From a virus, in the IMG/VR virus record IMGVR_UViG_3300008266_000033, positions 64,412-128,411 of that record: a stretch of 64,000 bases of DNA. One strand, given 5' to 3'. This document shows, piece after piece, positions 41,568-50,643 of this stretch (the first letter of the stretch is position 1; every line of letters begins with the position of its first letter). The translations under genes and the position numbers were made by a program. The notes beneath the pieces were generated by a model. That model had not been told where the DNA came from, ran no database searches, and saw only the letters and a program-made list of their open reading frames with translations.

Positions 41568-43151
41568 TTAAATTAACCAACTTAAGTTTTCCTTATTTCC
41601 ATTTATATCCATTTGATAAGGATTAGGAACATTACCATTAGGAGTATAAAGACCTTTATTAGATACTCTACTAACTCCTAAATTATTTAATGCTGCTCTA
41701 GCTAAGTCTTGATTTTGTGTTTTAAATTTTAAAGAAGTATCTCTTAAATACATTCCAATAGCAAAAGACATCACTAAATCATCATTATATCCTGATTGTG
41801 CTTCTGCTCTACCATTTTTCCAAACGAATACCTTCATTTCTTCTACTAATCGTTTAGATTGAATAATAACGGCTCTATCACCAACATATTCTCTGAATTT
41901 ATTAATTACTAATGGTCTTGATCTTAAAGACATAGTAAACCCAGGCACTTGACTTGTTGGATCTTGATAATAACCTTGAGAATAAGATTCAGCATTAAAA
42001 CTTTCATTTTTAGGAGAATAATAAAAATTTCTATATCCTTTTTCTAAAATAGTTTCAACTGTTGACCATCCTATGTTTGAATTTTCAACAGCTAGTAATG
42101 CCTCATTATATTCAGTTGCTATTGATATTAATAATAAGGCAAATTCTTTAGGAGCCAATTGACCTTTATATTCAGCTACTTGTGTGTTTGTTTCTATATC
42201 AAAAACATGAAATGCTGAAAAGTCTTTACTATCTCCTCTAGCAACGTCAGCCGTTACCATATAATTTCTAGAATAATCAACAGGTTCCCAAATCCATAAG
42301 TTTTGTTCAGTACCCCTTTTTTCTAATGGTTCTTTCAAATATGTGTTTTCATAAAACTCAATTAATTCAGGATAAAATACTACATCTCCTGATGTTGAGA
42401 AATTACAGTCACATTCTTGAGCTGCTAATCTAGGATCTCCTAAATCTTCATCTTGTTTTCGTCTCCAAGCATCATCTCGTTCTGGGTGTACAAACCAAGG
42501 TAATTTAATTGGTAAGAAGTTATTTTCTTTATTTTCAGCTTTTACCCATGTTTGGTGAAACCAATTACCTGTACCATATGGAGTAGATAATACTATAGCA
42601 CCACCACCAGTGGCTAATGTTTGTTGAGCTGAGGCCCAAATCTCACCAATTCCTTCAATAAATGCTGCCTCGTCTATAATTAATAGTGATACTGCTTCTG
42701 ATCGACCTGAATCTGCTGCTGCTGAAACTGCTTTAATTTGGGAACCATTAGATAATCTTAAACTTAATTTATTATCTTCTTCTGCTTTTATTTTTAACCA
42801 GGAAGGTAAATTACTATACATAAATTTTACCTTGGTTACCATGTTTTTAGCAGTTTCAGTTTTGGTTGCTATACATAATACATTTCGGTCTTTGTTAAAT
42901 AACATTAACCAAAGTGAATAACCTGCTGTTAATGTTGATATACCTAATTGTCTTGACTTTAAAACTATTGAATTAGGATTATCTTTCCATAACTTTAATA
43001 CTTTATCCTGAAATGGATAGAGGCCAAACATTATTCGGCCTCGGGTAGGATGCTGTATATAACAGTATTTACGCATAAAATGTCCAGGGTCATTGGCACA
43101 TTGTAAATACTCTTGTTTAATTATTTCTTTATAATTGGGTTCAGAACTCAT
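41568..43151 (-). CDS. terL: terminase large subunit (gp17-like)
   Basis: KSRQLG.ST, IIDEAAFI, STPYG.GN.F, DVARG...D.S, VENSNIG, NDDLVM. Confidence 0.96.
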   Translation of the reverse strand: MSSEPNYKEIIKQEYLQCANDPGHFMRKYCYIQHPTRGRIMFGLYPFQDKVLKLWKDNPNSIVLKSRQLGISTLTAGYSLWLMLFNKDRNVLCIATKTETAKNMVTKVKFMYSNLPSWLKIKAEEDNKLSLRLSNGSQIKAVSAAADSGRSEAVSLLIIDEAAFIEGIGEIWASAQQTLATGGGAIVLSTPYGTGNWFHQTWVKAENKENNFLPIKLPWFVHPERDDAWRRKQDEDLGDPRLAAQECDCNFSTSGDVVFYPELIEFYENTYLKEPLEKRGTEQNLWIWEPVDYSRNYMVTADVARGDSKDFSAFHVFDIETNTQVAEYKGQLAPKEFALLLISIATEYNEALLAVENSNIGWSTVETILEKGYRNFYYSPKNESFNAESYSQGYYQDPTSQVPGFTMSLRSRPLVINKFREYVGDRAVIIQSKRLVEEMKVFVWKNGRAEAQSGYNDDLVMSFAIGMYLRDTSLKFKTQNQDLARAALNNLGVSRVSNKGLYTPNGNVPNPYQMDINGNKENLSWLI

Positions 43152-43564
43152 AAAATTAATAATATAGAAATAATAAGTAACCCAATACTAGTACCAATTA
43201 AAACATTCTTTACATTTTTGGTAGTAGTTAATTTAGAATCTAAGGTTTTTATTTTTTCTGTTTTTAAAGAATCTACTTGTTGATAAGTATTTATCTGTTT
43301 AATATATGATTCTTCTTTTTTTCCCATTAATGAAATAGCATCATTTAAATAATAGATTTTTTTATTTAAACTAGCTGTATCTTCTTTAATTAATTCTAAT
43401 TCATCAGCACATAAATCACCACTTTCTAGATCAAATATTATCTGTTTAGATACTGATAAAGGAAGACATATTACTGTATCATTATTTATTGTTGTAACGG
43501 TTTGTGAAATAAGCGGAGACACCATTAGAGCTAAACTTATTAATAAGAGATATGTTTTTTTCAT
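43148..43564 (-). CDS. putative spanin-like subunit (signal peptide, coiled coil, C-terminal hydrophobic helix)
   Basis: Hydrophobic N- and C-termini; overlaps the upstream gene by 83 nt. Confidence 0.5.
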   Translation of the reverse strand: MKKTYLLLISLALMVSPLISQTVTTINNDTVICLPLSVSKQIIFDLESGDLCADELELIKEDTASLNKKIYYLNDAISLMGKKEESYIKQINTYQQVDSLKTEKIKTLDSKLTTTKNVKNVLIGTSIGLLIISILLIL

Positions 43565-43820
43565 ATTGTTTACGTAAATTAATTAATTTTTTCTGATTAT
43601 CTTGTAATACTGAATCTATTGTGGTTAATGAATCTTGGATTTGTATTAATTTAAAATTTAATGAATCTATTTTTTTAGATTCTAATTTAATTTCAATAGC
43701 TAAACTATCAATTTTTTTATCAGTAGTATTCTCTACTTTTGGTATAAAAGGGTTCCAAGTAATAAAAATTCCTAATAAAACTACCAATATAACTAAAAAT
43801 ATTTTATCCTGCGTTTTCAT
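43482..43820 (-). CDS. putative i-spanin (N-terminal TM plus coiled coil)
   Basis: IFLVILVVLLGIFITW followed by heptad KIDSL repeats. Confidence 0.5.
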   Translation of the reverse strand: MKTQDKIFLVILVVLLGIFITWNPFIPKVENTTDKKIDSLAIEIKLESKKIDSLNFKLIQIQDSLTTIDSVLQDNQKKLINLRKQYEKNISLINKFSSNGVSAYFTNRYNNK

Positions 43821-44337
43821 CTGAACCTTGTGATTTTAATTGTTTTTCTAATGATCTAACTTTTTTTGCTAAAAAAGCTAATTCTTTATTAGCTAATTTT
43901 AATTTTTGGTTTTTATTTGGTTCTAATTCTGTAAGATTTAGTTCATTAGTAGTAGCTCTTATTCTTTGACCAGGGGCAGCAGTTTTTAGTGCTTTTACAA
44001 CAGCTGATTTTTGTTGAATTTTAGGATCTTGTTGAACTGAAGTTTCTTCTTCATTACTAGATGTAGCTATAATATCTATTGTTCCTTCAGATAAAGTTTC
44101 AATAATAACTTCTTTAATATATTCTTTAAACTTAGATTTAGTCATTTTATTAGATTCATCTAAATTAAAACCTACATTAGCACCAGGAGAAGTTTTAACA
44201 AATGATTTATAATGATTATATAATCTAATAACCTTTACAAGATCATCTTTTATTGATTCTAGTTCTTTCATTTGATCAGAATCCTCACCAAATTTTTTAA
44301 CCAAATAAGATTTTAAATTTCCGTAATAATCTTTCAT
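43804..44337 (-). CDS. hypothetical protein with internal head-targeting-like helix
   Basis: LDESNKMTKSKFKEYIKEVIIETLSE; late motif at 44351-44360. Confidence 0.7.
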   Translation of the reverse strand: MKDYYGNLKSYLVKKFGEDSDQMKELESIKDDLVKVIRLYNHYKSFVKTSPGANVGFNLDESNKMTKSKFKEYIKEVIIETLSEGTIDIIATSSNEEETSVQQDPKIQQKSAVVKALKTAAPGQRIRATTNELNLTELEPNKNQKLKLANKELAFLAKKVRSLEKQLKSQGSDENAG

Positions 44338-44371
44338 ATAAAGTATTTTGTTATAAATATATTAAAAGGAT

Positions 44372-44395
44372 AAAAAAAGCCCACTTATGTGGGCT
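44372..44395 (-). terminator. intrinsic terminator
   Basis: AGCCCAC-ATAA-GTGGGCT followed by TTTTTT. Confidence 0.8.
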
Positions 44396-44415
44396 TAACT
44401 AATAAATATATAAAC

Positions 44416-44946
44416 TTAAATAAAATTTACTGGTAATTTTAATTTAATAGAATTAATACGTTCTTCAGTTGTACCTGAAATGGTATAATATGTATTTTGA
44501 TTAATATCCAGTATTTCTCTTATTATATAATCAATATAATTTCTATATTCAACGTCTATGGTACGAACACCATTATCCTCGATTTCAAGACCATCAGGCG
44601 CTATATAAAATATATAATCGTATTTTTCAATAAAATTACGAGCATAATTGGTAAAATTAATTTTATCAATAAAACTTATAGATTTAGCCGCTTGAGTAAA
44701 AGCCATAACATCAATAACAGTTCTATCTGTTATAATATTAGGTTTCATAAGCTCAGAACAACGTTCAGCCAAAAATATAGTTTGACCTTCAATAGTACTA
44801 TCTGTATTTAATGGAATACCTAAATCACGTAAATATTTACTGCGTTCAGTAGCAAACTCATAGTCTTTAAATTCAGGTAACTGTTTGAGAGCATTTACCA
44901 ATGTAGTTTTACCTACAGACATTGTACCACAAAATCCTATCTTCAT
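44416..44946 (-). CDS. NadR/Ttd14-like P-loop nucleotide kinase (AAA_28)
   Basis: GTMSVGKTT, ITDRT..D, YDYIFY, EDNGVR, G..EER. Confidence 0.8.
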   Translation of the reverse strand: MKIGFCGTMSVGKTTLVNALKQLPEFKDYEFATERSKYLRDLGIPLNTDSTIEGQTIFLAERCSELMKPNIITDRTVIDVMAFTQAAKSISFIDKINFTNYARNFIEKYDYIFYIAPDGLEIEDNGVRTIDVEYRNYIDYIIREILDINQNTYYTISGTTEERINSIKLKLPVNFI

Positions 44947-44961
44947 AATTTTTTATTTAAT

Positions 44962-45201
44962 TTAAAAACGAGCCTTTGCAGAACCACCCTTATACCAAGG
45001 AAGTCCTTCTCTTGATTTTAAACGATCTTTAAACTGTTTTTCAGTGTACCTAATTCCATAAAGATACCATTCTTTAGTACCATCAGGATTAATCAATGCG
45101 GGTCCATCCCAATTATGGATTTTTCCATCCCAAATATACATTTGAGTACCATCGGGTTTAGTGGTTTTTTTAGATTGGGGAAAGGGGGTTTTTTGTTCCA
45201 T
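44962..45201 (-). CDS. hypothetical protein with H.xDGPA motif
   Basis: GKIHNWDGPALINPDGTKEWYLYG. Confidence 0.7.
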   Translation of the reverse strand: MEQKTPFPQSKKTTKPDGTQMYIWDGKIHNWDGPALINPDGTKEWYLYGIRYTEKQFKDRLKSREGLPWYKGGSAKARF

Positions 45202-45206
45202 AGTTT

Positions 45207-45386
45207 TTAGTATAGTTCAGGGTGAAAAGTATAAATTTTTCCAGTTTGTACTTCTTCAAGATATATTACTTGTTCGTCTGTCCACTCAATAGTATCAATA
45301 TCTCTCATATCTTGGAGAATAAAGTTTTTGTTGTTAGTGGTTACAATCTCTGATGAACCATCTAAAAATGTTACGTAGAATTGCAT
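45207..45386 (-). CDS. small acidic hypothetical protein (59 aa, not in the ORF track)
   Basis: MQFYVTFLDGSSEIV...FHPELY*; own promoter directly upstream. Confidence 0.65.
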   Translation of the reverse strand: MQFYVTFLDGSSEIVTTNNKNFILQDMRDIDTIEWTDEQVIYLEEVQTGKIYTFHPELY

Positions 45387-45410
45387 GTTTTTGTGGTTTT
45401 AATTATGACG

Positions 45411-45442
45411 TAAAGATACGAATGGCCTCTTGCGAGGCCAAA
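45411..45442 (-). promoter_or_regulatory. Bacteroidota-type -33/-7 promoter with a GCAA-loop hairpin in its spacer
   Basis: Sense TTTGGCCTCGCAAGAGGCCATTCGTATCTTTA. Confidence 0.7.
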
Positions 45443-45473
45443 CGTTTATATTACTTTAATATGACTTTTTTTC

Positions 45474-45713
45474 TTAAGCAACTGTTTCAGATACTTTTTT
45501 ACGGCGAAAAGACATATAATACATAACATCTGCAACTTCATCAGTAATCCTACGACGACCTGCAATCATGTTTGAAATATGAGACGTTGAATACCCAGTA
45601 CGTTCTGAAATGGTATTAATGTCTCCTTGACGAGTACGAGCTTTGTAAAATTGCAAAATTGCTGTACGGTTCATTCTGCGCTTGAGCGACTTTCTACGAT
45701 TTGTGTTTCTCAT
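45474..45713 (-). CDS. small basic helix-turn-helix protein
   Basis: INTISERTGYSTSHISNMIAGRR (XRE-like HTH). Confidence 0.7.
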   Translation of the reverse strand: MRNTNRRKSLKRRMNRTAILQFYKARTRQGDINTISERTGYSTSHISNMIAGRRRITDEVADVMYYMSFRRKKVSETVA

Positions 45714-45735
45714 AACATTTATTTTTTAATTTATA

Positions 45736-45767
45736 TAAAGATACGAATGATTTTTTTATAAACCAAC
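45736..45767 (-). promoter_or_regulatory. Bacteroidota-type -33/-7 promoter
   Basis: Sense GTTG-N20-TATCTTTA. Confidence 0.7.
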
Positions 45768-45768
45768 C

Positions 45769-47097
45769 TTAATTTAAAAGACTTTCTGCTACATAGATTC
45801 CTTGCGCACCTGATACTGTAATACCACGAGCACTTAAAGCATCACCTACAAAATGTACATTTGGATATTCAGTTAGTGCTAGATTTGTATAATCAACTAA
45901 TGGTTCAGGAGATAAATATTTTACCTCAGGTATATACATTCCCCAATCATCACCAAATTGAAATACCTCGTTCATTTGGTCAATAAAGTTAAGAATATAA
46001 TCTGCGTATTCACTAAATGCGTCTGTAAACCATGATAATTCAGCAATTTGATAACTATCAACAATATTACTTTCAGATGTTAATGATGGTTTACGTGTTA
46101 AATTAGGTGAATAGTATAAACCGCTTTTTTTAGTTACTGGTAGATCCATTTGACATTTTTTAACTACATCTCTACACCATTCAAATGGATTTTCAATACC
46201 TTTGATTTCCATCAGAATACCAAAATTGGTCATATCGTTTCTAAATTCTTCACCTTTTTTAGCATGACCGTTGTAACTAATATCTCCATATGTTTCCTCT
46301 ACTGCCACATAAGCTGCATTATTGTTAGTGCAGAATGAGCGTAATGATATATTATCAAACTTTTGATATAGTTTAAAATCATAACTAACATCAATTAATT
46401 TTTGAAAATATTTTTGTGGTGCTTCAAAACGTACACCTATTTGTACCGATTTTGGTTCAGTTGGTAGTTTATAATCGTCTGCTAGTTGTTTACCAAAGTC
46501 AATACCTGATTTACCTACCGCAAAGATTAGTTCATCATAAGTAAGACTTTTTACTTTACCCAATTTTATAGGAATATTTGAGTATCCTAAAGTATTTTTA
46601 TTAAAATTAATACTAATAACTTCTGTTTCCCAACTAAATTTAACACCTTTATCAACTAAATAGTCATACCAACGTTTTCCTATTTCGTGTAGATAATCTG
46701 TACCTATATGATATACGGGAAATAAACGGAGACCGAAGTGAGGTTTGATGAAGTCGGGTTCTGCTTGGGGGTTAGAATACATAATTTTAGAGGGATCAGG
46801 ATGAAAACGCTTCCACATTTCAATAGCCTGATCCATTAATTCATATGCTTTGTCTTCACCACAATATTTACTTAATTGGCCACCAATTGCAGTATGATAT
46901 GTTAATTTGCCATCAGAGAATCCTCCAGCTCCTGCGAAACCTGTCATAACTTCCTCAGGTTTACGAGTATAAGGATCTTTACCTTTATCAATTATTGTAA
47001 TAAGTTCACCTGGGTAGTTATTATCTACTAATTTTAGGGCAGCACTAATTCCAGCTACTCCACTTCCTACAATTATAATTTTATTTGTATTTTTCAT
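45769..47097 (-). CDS. FAD-dependent oxidoreductase (COG2509-like)
   Basis: IVGSGVAG Rossmann motif, GAGGFSDGKL, GVRFE, RSFC.N, NGH, TNFGIL, PEVKY, GD...RG....G. Probable start at ATG 47097. Confidence 0.85.
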   Translation of the reverse strand: MKNTNKIIIVGSGVAGISAALKLVDNNYPGELITIIDKGKDPYTRKPEEVMTGFAGAGGFSDGKLTYHTAIGGQLSKYCGEDKAYELMDQAIEMWKRFHPDPSKIMYSNPQAEPDFIKPHFGLRLFPVYHIGTDYLHEIGKRWYDYLVDKGVKFSWETEVISINFNKNTLGYSNIPIKLGKVKSLTYDELIFAVGKSGIDFGKQLADDYKLPTEPKSVQIGVRFEAPQKYFQKLIDVSYDFKLYQKFDNISLRSFCTNNNAAYVAVEETYGDISYNGHAKKGEEFRNDMTNFGILMEIKGIENPFEWCRDVVKKCQMDLPVTKKSGLYYSPNLTRKPSLTSESNIVDSYQIAELSWFTDAFSEYADYILNFIDQMNEVFQFGDDWGMYIPEVKYLSPEPLVDYTNLALTEYPNVHFVGDALSARGITVSGAQGIYVAESLLN

Positions 47098-47098
47098 A

Positions 47099-47716
47099 TT
47101 ATTTATATTTCCATTTAAATCCAAAGGCAGTTTTTTGTCTTCCTAATATACAATCCTTTATTTGAGACATCAAGTTACTTGTTTTGCCTGTTTGTTCTTT
47201 TATCCATAAAGCTGCTTGACCTTTACTTTCCCATTCTTTAATAATATTACCATTTAAATCACATTGTAAAACAGGTTTAGCTTGTTTACGTTTAGCTATA
47301 CCCATATTTTTTGTATGTTCTTCTGTAAAGGGTTTTGGTTTTCCTTTATTACTTTTACTTATTTTAGTTTTAACTTCATCTGTATAATACTGAGAGTGGT
47401 TTCTTTCTTTTAATGTTTTACTTATTTTTTCCCCAGAACCTGGTCTTGGTTTTCTCATTTTTTGTTTTTGTTCTTCAGTATAGCTTGAAGGACCACCCCC
47501 ACCATTATTTTTATTTTCTAATTTGAATCCCCAACATTTAAACTGCTCTATCCAATAACTTTCCCAAAATTTCCAATCTTCAACTTCATCAATTATTTCT
47601 AATTTAATATTAGTTCCATATGTATTATAATGTTTGTGTTTACGTCTGATTGGATTTTTAGCCTTTCCAACATAAAATGGAACACCATCTCTTTCTAATA
47701 TATAAATTTTAGTCAT
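47099..47716 (-). mobile_element. free-standing GIY-YIG homing endonuclease with NUMOD DNA-binding repeats
   Basis: IYIL...FYVGK, E.YWI, L.NKN.GG.G, NUMOD3-like (TDEVKTKISKSNKGK), C-terminal NUMOD1-like (V.Q.DL.G..IKEW.S...A...G..KTA.GFKW). Confidence 0.85.
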
Positions 47717-47760
47717 ATTATTTTATTATACATATTCTAAAATTCCGTCAGACCATCCCC

Positions 47761-47792
47761 CTAATATACGATTTTTTATTTAATATTCCAAA
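47761..47792 (-). promoter_or_regulatory. Bacteroidota-type -33/-7 promoter
   Basis: Sense TTTG-N20-TATATTAG. Confidence 0.65.
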
Positions 47793-47794
47793 TT

Positions 47795-47822
47795 AAAAGT
47801 GGCACCCTTTTAGGGGTGCCAC
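47795..47822 (-). terminator. intrinsic terminator
   Basis: GTGGCACCC-CTAAAA-GGGTGCCAC followed by TTTT. Confidence 0.8.
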
Positions 47823-47876
47823 AGCTACCATAATTTATCTCTTGTTAGAGCGACCAGCTATGAATTGGTCTGTATG
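47820..47876 (-). ncRNA. candidate structured RNA (three-way junction plus pseudoknot) in a 3' UTR
   Basis: P1 CAUA/UAUG, P2 GACCA/UGGUC, P3 CUCU/AGAG; the P2 loop CAUAGC is complementary to downstream GCUGUG. Confidence 0.4.
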
Positions 47877-50621
47877 TTATTTTTTAAGTCCTGCAATTTT
47901 TTGCATACGCAAAAATTCTTCAGATTTATTTTCTTTTAAATTATATTTGAAATTTGTTGTACCTGTAGAAGATGTGGTTCCTGAGGGTTTATTTTGAGGT
48001 GTTGTGGATGGGTTTTCTAAATTTTTATCTTTATTATATTCAGTAAATGCATCTCTTATAGCATTTTTTAATTTATTTGAATCTTTTTTTAAATTAGGTC
48101 CTAAAAAAGGAATTATTTCTCTTAATATTATTTGAATAGCACCTTCAGGTGTTTTTATATAACCAAATAAGGTTTTTAAATATCCATCTTTTACAATACT
48201 ATTAACAACATTTTGAGTATCTTTATTATCAATTTCTTGGATTCTATTTCTTAAACCTGTAAAAACAGATTGAATTTTTATATTATCTTGTTTTAAATCT
48301 TTATCAAGAGTATTAAAAATAGCTAATACTAATTCTTTAAATTCATCTTGAGTATCAATTTTAGACATATAATTTTTTAAACTTGTCCTTTGGGATATAG
48401 TGTCACCTATTTTATTAACAGCTGGTAAAGTTTTATTTTTATCTTGAAGTTTATCAAAATAACTTTTTTTAGTTTCACCTTTTCCTAAAAATACATAATT
48501 TCCTCCAGGTTGAGGATTAAATCCTATATCTTTAAGATCATTTTTTTCTTCATCAGATAATTCATCAGTATTTAATATACTTAAAGTATTATCTGCTTCA
48601 GAAGCATACATACTACCTAATAAAGCTAATAGTTGAACTTTTTTATTTTTTACATCATCATCTGATACCCCAAATTCATTAAATATATCATCAATCAGTG
48701 CTTCATTTAAGTAAAGTAATGTTTGATTTTTTATTTCTTGAAGTTTTTGAATTTGAGCTTGTGTGTCTTTACCTGGACGAGTTGATATTGCTTTGGCTCT
48801 AGGTTTTAATGTTACTCCTAAAATTCCTGAATATTTTTTGGTTAAACTATCAGGTGATTTTCTTAGGGTTATAATTAATTTAGCTAATTTTTTAGCTTTA
48901 TCTGATGTTTGATTACCTTTATAATCACCTTTAATAATATTATTTAAAGTAGTATCACTAAGATTAATAATATTTTTTTCACCTAATTCAGAATAAATAT
49001 TAAGTTCAGGACTAGTACGAGATAATACAAATCCTATTTGACCATTTCTATTAAATTTAGAAATATTTTCTACATCCTGTTTTATTTTACTAGGTTCAGG
49101 TGGAGGTATGTCAAGAATAATAGGTTTAGTTTCTTCTTCATCAGATTTAGGTTCATCAGATTTAGGTTTTTCTGGTTTTGGTTTTTCTCTAGGAGTTAAA
49201 TCAGGAGCTAAAAATTGATAATAAAGTAATTTTATTGGATCTCCTTGTTCAGAAGTTTCAATATCACTTTTTATTTTTTGAAATGAAGATTGGGTTTCTA
49301 AATTATCTTGAGCTTTTTGTATTTTTTGATCATCAATACCATCAGTAGTATTAACTTTCTTATATTTTATATTTACATCAAAATCTTCACCATATGTTTT
49401 TTTAATGAGTTTTTCTATTTTTTCACCAGCCGCTTTAGCTACTTTTTCAGATGAATCTAAACGTTTAGCATTTAAATCTCCTCCATCACCAGCTACATTA
49501 CTATCATCTCCTTGATTATGAGATACAGAAGAACCATAATCTATTTCTAAATCAATTTTAGATAATTTTTGACCTTTATTATCTTTAAATTTATTATTTA
49601 AGTCTTCTATTGTTTTTTTAACTAATTCATCTGATGCTTTATTTACATCATCTTCAGATAAATCTCCTTCACCAGTATCATATGTTTGAGCAGTAGTCGC
49701 ATTACTATCATCATCTGAAAAATCGATACCTTGAGTATCAACATTATTATTTTCAAGATTTTTTACTACTTGATCAGAATCTACAGTAATATCAACATCA
49801 CCCCCAGAAATTGGTTTAATAACTTCATCAGCATTTTGATCAAAATCTGAATCTTGGGATAAATCTAATACTCCTTGAATATCTTTATCAGCTAAAGCTC
49901 CACTAGGACCATATTCTCCTTCTACTGCTATATCGGCTGCTAAAGCTATAGTAGGAGCTGCTACTCCTTGTAATACAGAGGCCGCAGCTAAAATAGGCAT
50001 AAAAGTTTTAAAACCTTTAAGTAATCCTGGGAATTTTTTTCTTAGAAATTTTAAAACTCCTCCTTCTTGCGAATTGTCTGTGTATTTTTTATTTCTTAAT
50101 GAAACTATAGTAGGAGGAATTGATGCATCTTCAAGAGAATACCCTGACAATACTGTGTATGCTACTCCTGGTTGGAGACCTTGTTTCTTTTTTGATTTTT
50201 CATCAGCATTGATAAGTATTCCTTCATATTCAGCATCTGGAAGAGAATCTCCATCCCATTTAAATATATCTCCTGGTTCTAATTGATTTAATTGAGATAA
50301 TTCAGTAAATGAACCTTTATCTGCTTCTGATAAAGGTTTATTAGGTGTAATAATACTTTGAAAAGCTCTTAAAAAATCTTTAGAACTTTTAAAAACTTTT
50401 AATTTATTTAATTCTTTAAAAACTTCTTTAGGAGAATAACCAGCTTGTTTTATATCATCAAGAACATTTTTTATAAATTCTTTAGATTCAGGTTGAAGTT
50501 TTTGATAATTTTGTTGAATTTTATTATCTCCAGCAAATTCTAATAATATATCATTAGATTTAAATTCAATTCCTGCTAATTGTTGCATACGCAGAAATTC
50601 ACCATTTAAAGACTTCTCCAT
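47877..50621 (-). CDS. large putative internal/ejection protein with RMQ(K/Q)(L/I)AG at both termini
   Basis: EFLRMQQLAG (N-terminus) and EFLRMQKIAG (C-terminus); central hydrophobic stretch; several LxE sites. Confidence 0.7.
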   Translation of the reverse strand: MEKSLNGEFLRMQQLAGIEFKSNDILLEFAGDNKIQQNYQKLQPESKEFIKNVLDDIKQAGYSPKEVFKELNKLKVFKSSKDFLRAFQSIITPNKPLSEADKGSFTELSQLNQLEPGDIFKWDGDSLPDAEYEGILINADEKSKKKQGLQPGVAYTVLSGYSLEDASIPPTIVSLRNKKYTDNSQEGGVLKFLRKKFPGLLKGFKTFMPILAAASVLQGVAAPTIALAADIAVEGEYGPSGALADKDIQGVLDLSQDSDFDQNADEVIKPISGGDVDITVDSDQVVKNLENNNVDTQGIDFSDDDSNATTAQTYDTGEGDLSEDDVNKASDELVKKTIEDLNNKFKDNKGQKLSKIDLEIDYGSSVSHNQGDDSNVAGDGGDLNAKRLDSSEKVAKAAGEKIEKLIKKTYGEDFDVNIKYKKVNTTDGIDDQKIQKAQDNLETQSSFQKIKSDIETSEQGDPIKLLYYQFLAPDLTPREKPKPEKPKSDEPKSDEEETKPIILDIPPPEPSKIKQDVENISKFNRNGQIGFVLSRTSPELNIYSELGEKNIINLSDTTLNNIIKGDYKGNQTSDKAKKLAKLIITLRKSPDSLTKKYSGILGVTLKPRAKAISTRPGKDTQAQIQKLQEIKNQTLLYLNEALIDDIFNEFGVSDDDVKNKKVQLLALLGSMYASEADNTLSILNTDELSDEEKNDLKDIGFNPQPGGNYVFLGKGETKKSYFDKLQDKNKTLPAVNKIGDTISQRTSLKNYMSKIDTQDEFKELVLAIFNTLDKDLKQDNIKIQSVFTGLRNRIQEIDNKDTQNVVNSIVKDGYLKTLFGYIKTPEGAIQIILREIIPFLGPNLKKDSNKLKNAIRDAFTEYNKDKNLENPSTTPQNKPSGTTSSTGTTNFKYNLKENKSEEFLRMQKIAGLKK

Positions 50622-50643
50622 TATACTATTTTATTTATACATA

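Noticed and set aside
41568-43151. Intron/intein in terminase, UvsX, portal or MCP
   Set aside because: ORFs are uninterrupted, lengths are ordinary, and no intein splice motifs were seen.
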